A stretch of 21,283 bases of DNA from Campylobacterota bacterium. Its GTDB lineage: Bacteria; Campylobacterota; Campylobacteria; Campylobacterales; Arcobacteraceae. The DNA is taken from assembly GCA_051746405.1 (NCBI GenBank), contig JBNJFB010000041.1, positions 1-21,283 on the forward strand, given 5' to 3'. The notes below the pieces were generated by a model that had not been told where the DNA came from, did no database searches, and saw only the letters and a program-made list of their open reading frames with translations. Both the position numbers and the translations under genes were made by a program. Shown piece by piece: positions 17,736-21,283 of this stretch; the stretch's first letter is position 1, and each line of letters begins with the position of its first letter.

Positions 17736-19447
17736 CCAATGACACCTTTTTTAAAATTTGCAATTCCTTCTAAAGTTTTACCTGTGATAATATTTTCCAT
17801 GTTAAAATATCCAATTGATTTAAATATTTCTCCCATTTTATCAAGAACTTCAGTATCAATATTCTCTTTTAACATTACAGATTTTCTTTCTTTTCCTTTT
17901 ATTTCAGTTGTTTTTTCTTCATAGTTATTTATGATAAAATCAAATAACGGCTTTTTCATTGGCTCTGATGTTAATGATTTTAATCGTGATACATCAAGTT
18001 CTCTAGGACATTGTAATTGATTTAATGAATTTTGATATTTATCAACTTTATAAACAACAATATTTGAAGCATTTTGAAATGATTTTATAATTTGAAATGA
18101 TTTTATAATTTTCTTAAGCCTGTTGTTTTCTGCATTTTTTTGAATTAATAGATTTTTTATATTTTCATTATCTACTTCTAAATCATTTTGTGTTAACTGT
18201 AAGTCATTTAATTTTTGAACAACAAAGTTAATATCATTATTGATTAGTGATATGGTTTTTTGTGTTTGCTTAATAACTTCATGAAGCATTAATTCTCTAG
18301 TTTTATATTTATCTAGTTCATTTGCACCTGTAAGATGTTTCAACCCTTTATATGTCATTATTCCAATTAATCCTACCACAACCAAACCACCAGTCATACC
18401 CATACCCATTCCTAAAGTGGCTAATCCTGATGTAATACCAGCTGCTGACATACCTACTACAGAACCTGAAATATAAACTGCTGCTAGTGGAGCACCTGCA
18501 GCAGTTGCTTTTCTTGCTAAATCTTCTGCATTTTTTTTGATGGCATTATCGTCTAGGTCTTCATTTAACATTTTATAATCGTTTTCAACTACACTAAATG
18601 CTAAATCAATTTCTTTATCTGATAAGTTAAATAAACTTTGGTTTTCAGTCAAAAATTTAAAATCTCTACTCATCGAATCATTAGTACTAAAATGTACATT
18701 TATCATATCTTTAATAAGAGAAATCATTATTGATTGAAAATGACTTGATTCAGAGTGTTCTTTGATTGTTGAAATTAAATCTTCCATGCTAAATAAATTT
18801 TTATGAGATATTTCAGTAATGTATGCTCTTATATCAAATCTAGAATCTTTACTTAATTCCAGTCTTGTCATAAGAAGTAAAATTTCGGCAAGTTCTTTCT
18901 CATCAATTTCTTCATCATCTACATATGTCATATTTACTATAATTCTTAAATATGCTTTTTTAAATTCTTCTGACATTTCTGAAATTGTAGTAAGTTGATT
19001 TTCTTCTTTAAAGTCAGAAAAGTCTGTGATTATTGTATTCAAAAAATTTACTAGATTTTTCATATTTGCAAAAGTCAAATCGCTTTTTATTTTATGTTTT
19101 TTACCATCTTTTGTTTTGATAACTATAAATTCATCCTTATCCTTTTTGCCTTTATCATTTACTGTAATATTTACAATATGTTCAACAGATTCCAAATCAG
19201 CATAAACAAAAGTGCCACAAGAAATATGAATAAATTTTTCACCTGTAAATACTAAGCCGCATTTAGCATTATTAAACATACTATTATCATAAATTGCTAA
19301 GATAGATTCATAAAATTCTTCACATTTAAATGCTTTCACGGCATTGTTTAATTTATTTTCTGGGATGTCTGGAGTAACTAATACGTTTTTTTCTTTTTTT
19401 GCAATTTGTTTCACATTTTCTTTTATATAAACATTTACACTTGACAT
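17732..19447 (-). CDS. TerB-like domain protein with Gly-rich hydrophobic hairpin and coiled coil
   Basis: AYLRIIVNMTYVDDEEIDEKELAEI resembles the TerB acidic motif. Hydrophobic stretch AAGAPLAAV...GGLVVVGLIGIM. RBS AAGGA. The domain call is tentative. Confidence 0.65.
   Translation of the reverse strand: MSSVNVYIKENVKQIAKKEKNVLVTPDIPENKLNNAVKAFKCEEFYESILAIYDNSMFNNAKCGLVFTGEKFIHISCGTFVYADLESVEHIVNITVNDKGKKDKDEFIVIKTKDGKKHKIKSDLTFANMKNLVNFLNTIITDFSDFKEENQLTTISEMSEEFKKAYLRIIVNMTYVDDEEIDEKELAEILLLMTRLELSKDSRFDIRAYITEISHKNLFSMEDLISTIKEHSESSHFQSIMISLIKDMINVHFSTNDSMSRDFKFLTENQSLFNLSDKEIDLAFSVVENDYKMLNEDLDDNAIKKNAEDLARKATAAGAPLAAVYISGSVVGMSAAGITSGLATLGMGMGMTGGLVVVGLIGIMTYKGLKHLTGANELDKYKTRELMLHEVIKQTQKTISLINNDINFVVQKLNDLQLTQNDLEVDNENIKNLLIQKNAENNRLKKIIKSFQIIKSFQNASNIVVYKVDKYQNSLNQLQCPRELDVSRLKSLTSEPMKKPLFDFIINNYEEKTTEIKGKERKSVMLKENIDTEVLDKMGEIFKSIGYFNMENIITGKTLEGIANFKKGVIG
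18073..18108. repeat. Perfect 18-bp tandem duplication (IIKSFQ x2)
   Basis: TTTGAAATGATTTTATAA at 18073-18090 and 18091-18108. Confidence 0.9.
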
Positions 19448-19651
19448 AAGATTCCTTAATTAAAAATATCTATTATCCACATATTAAAATATATTACTAT
19501 CTTACTAATTAAAATTGAATAGTATAAAATACAATAAACTTTTTTTATTTTTCAATTCTAATATAACAAGTATATAAACTTTAAAATAATTAATATCCTA
19601 TATAAAACTACCTTAATATTTGATTAATTATTTTATTTTACATTTGTAGAA

Positions 19652-19686
19652 ATAATAACATATTTAAAAGACAGGTAGTGTCGTTT
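19652..19686 (-). promoter_or_regulatory. Candidate WYL-regulator operator next to an extended -10 of the leftward cluster
   Basis: AAAAGAC-N7-GTCGTTT dyad (19666-19686). Minus-strand TGtTATTAT at 19660-19652. Confidence 0.45.
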
Positions 19687-19788
19687 TATGACTATTTCAA
19701 TTTTCAAAATTTTTCATTCATATATCATTAGTTTGAATCAAAGGCTAAATATTTTTGCAGTCTTTGAAAACCTATAAAAGGAGCAATC

Positions 19789-19902
19789 ATGCTAAGAGAT
19801 AATGAAATGGAATACTACACAATTCCACAATCAATCATTCAAAGGCTTATTCATCCTAAATCTAAAAAAAGAAAAATACAAGATAAAGGATTGGAAATAT
19901 GA
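19789..19902 (+). CDS. Small hypothetical protein (37 aa)
   Basis: AAAGGAG RBS. MLRDNEMEYYTIPQSIIQRLIHPKSKKRKIQDKGLEI. ATGA overlap with the next ORF. Confidence 0.5.
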   Translation: MLRDNEMEYYTIPQSIIQRLIHPKSKKRKIQDKGLEI

Positions 19903-20081
19903 AAGTTAAAGAGCAACTAGAAAAAAACAAAGAAAAAGAGGAAGCTTTAGATTGGTCATTTCAAGAGTGGCTAAATCACTTTAGTAATGAGCCAACAAGT
20001 AAAGAGATAGATAATATGGAAAAAGAATCAAAAACTACTTCCATAAATAACTCATACTATCAACCACTACAAGGAGCATAA
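19899..20081 (+). CDS. Small hypothetical protein (60 aa)
   Basis: AAGGA RBS. Coupled to the previous ORF, and its end supplies the AAGGAG RBS for the next. Confidence 0.6.
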   Translation: MKVKEQLEKNKEKEEALDWSFQEWLNHFSNEPTSKEIDNMEKESKTTSINNSYYQPLQGA

Positions 20082-20085
20082 TAAG

Positions 20086-20169
20086 ATGATACCACCATCA
20101 GTAATTCTTGCAGTTATTATTGCAAGTGCAACAATAATCAAAGAAACACTAGAAGATGAAAAAGATTAG
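20086..20169 (+). CDS. Small hydrophobic peptide (27 aa) with acidic tail
   Basis: AAGGAG RBS. MIPPSVILAVIIASATIIKETLEDEKD. Confidence 0.45.
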   Translation: MIPPSVILAVIIASATIIKETLEDEKD

Positions 20170-20216
20170 TCTTAGCTAAAAAGCTTTTAACCATAAAGAT
20201 AAAAAAGGAAATAAAA

Positions 20217-21026
20217 ATGTCAATTAATCCATTAAAAAACCAAGAGCTACAAGAGTTAGCACCAACGCTATTTACAAGTGAACCTCACTTTGATGTAAGC
20301 CAGAAGTATCACTTTATTCCAACAATTGATGTAATAGAAGAGATTAAAGCTAATCATTGGTATCCAGTAAGTGTAAGCCAAGCTGATGTAAGGGATAAAA
20401 ATAAACAAGGATACCAACAACACTGTGTAAGATTTAGGCACTTTGAAGACTTATTAAACCCTAGTGAAAATGCAGTTGAACTGTTATTGTTTAATAGTCA
20501 CGATAGAACTAAAAGTTTTTCTATTAGTGCTGGTATATATAGATTTGTGTGTGCCAATGGCTTAGTGTTATCTGATAGTGTATTTGAAAGCTATAAGATA
20601 AAACACTTAGGAGATAGAGATAATGATGTAGCAAATGCAGTATCTAAGATAACTGCTGTAAAAGAGAAACTACTTGATAAAATAAAAACCCTATCATCCA
20701 TTAAACTATCAAACTTAGAAAAACAAACTTTTGCAAAGTTATCTATACCACTTAGATTTGAAGAACATTTAGAAATTAATCCAAATGACCTTTTAATCCC
20801 TCATAGAGTTGAAGATGAAAAAGATGACCTTTACACAACACTAAACACTATTCAAGAACATTTAATAAGAGGGAATATAAGTGGAGTAAATAAACAAAGT
20901 GATAGACGCTTTACAAGTAAAGAGATAAAAAGTATCACAACAGATACACAAGTAAATAAAGGTTTGTGGGATATTGCAGAAAAAATTGCATCTATTAAAG
21001 AGCCACATTACAAAATAGCAGCATAA
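20217..21026 (+). CDS. DUF932/DUF945-family protein (plasmid/ICE/prophage leading-region type)
   Basis: KYHFIPTIDVI, QHCVRFR, LLFNSHD, AGIYRFVCANGLV, DDLYTTLNTIQEHLIRG, NKGLW. Confidence 0.9.
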   Translation: MSINPLKNQELQELAPTLFTSEPHFDVSQKYHFIPTIDVIEEIKANHWYPVSVSQADVRDKNKQGYQQHCVRFRHFEDLLNPSENAVELLLFNSHDRTKSFSISAGIYRFVCANGLVLSDSVFESYKIKHLGDRDNDVANAVSKITAVKEKLLDKIKTLSSIKLSNLEKQTFAKLSIPLRFEEHLEINPNDLLIPHRVEDEKDDLYTTLNTIQEHLIRGNISGVNKQSDRRFTSKEIKSITTDTQVNKGLWDIAEKIASIKEPHYKIAA

Positions 21027-21036
21027 GGAGATAGCT

Positions 21037-21184
21037 ATGAAAAGTACAGACTATAGATTACAAAAGGAAATTCAAAACATCAAAGCAGATAATCAAGATT
21101 GGTTTAAAAACTACGTAAGAGAAGTTCTTGAAAGCGATAAACCATACTATGTAAAAGCTGACTATATAGGTCTTTCTATACAAG
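21037..21184 (+). pseudogene. ORF truncated by the IS21-like element, possibly siphovirus Gp157-like
   Basis: AAGGAG RBS, ATG at 21037, 49 open codons (MKSTDYRLQKEIQNIKADNQDWFKNYVREVLESDKPYYVKADYIGLSIQ) running into the IS end. The family call is from recollection only. Confidence 0.55.
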
Positions 21185-21283
21185 TGAAAATTTTGATTGA
21201 AATTTGACCCACTTTTTTGAATAAAAATGACCCACCTGCAGATTAAAATTATAGCGTAAATATTTTTAGTTTTTGTCCTCCTT
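21185..21283 (-). mobile_element. Second, inverted copy of the same IS21-family terminus
   Basis: Begins TG at 21185 and has TGACCCAC twice. Reverse complement of 1..96 plus 3 nt. Confidence 0.8.

Noticed and set aside
6718..17924. Plus-strand ORFs antisense to the minus-strand genes (6718, 7648, 8226, 9957, 10544, 11096, 11371, 12691, 13441, 13762, 16147, 17032, 17739)
   Set aside because: Shadow ORFs of well-supported genes, with no motifs of their own.
1..21283. CRISPR array, tRNA, rRNA or integrase; terminal repeats as telomeres of a linear replicon
   Set aside because: No repeat-spacer array, RNA gene or integrase was seen. The TG/CA termini face inward and cut ORFs, which fits IS ends at contig breaks.

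Overview
AT-rich 21.3-kb accessory or defence-island segment, probably Campylobacterota (Sulfurimonas/Arcobacter-like, inferred from composition and gene content). Both ends carry the same terminus of an IS21-family element in inverted orientation (1..96 is the exact reverse complement of 21185..21280). The left copy truncates an IS3-family orfA and the right copy truncates a phage-like ORF. Inside, from left to right: (i) a Rep_trans-like initiator/relaxase and an excisionase-like gene, followed by att-arm-like repeats. (ii) A long minus-strand cluster that, in transcription order, encodes a TerB-like membrane protein, a partner membrane protein and a WYL regulator, then a tightly coupled type I R-M operon (degenerate MTase-TRD fusion, hsdM, yhcG, hsdS, HipA-like kinase, DUF3037, rhuM, hsdR) and a frameshifted Ntn-hydrolase-like gene. 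(iii) A divergent mobile-element leading-region-like set: three tiny ORFs, DUF932 and a truncated Gp157-like gene. The best leads are the kinase/DUF3037 pair inside the R-M operon, the probably inactive MTase-TRD fusion, the WYL-linked TerB pair with a candidate operator, an in-frame REP-like doublet inside hsdM, and palindromes inside the coding sequences of rhuM and yhcG. All family calls are by-eye motif recognition; no database searches were run.
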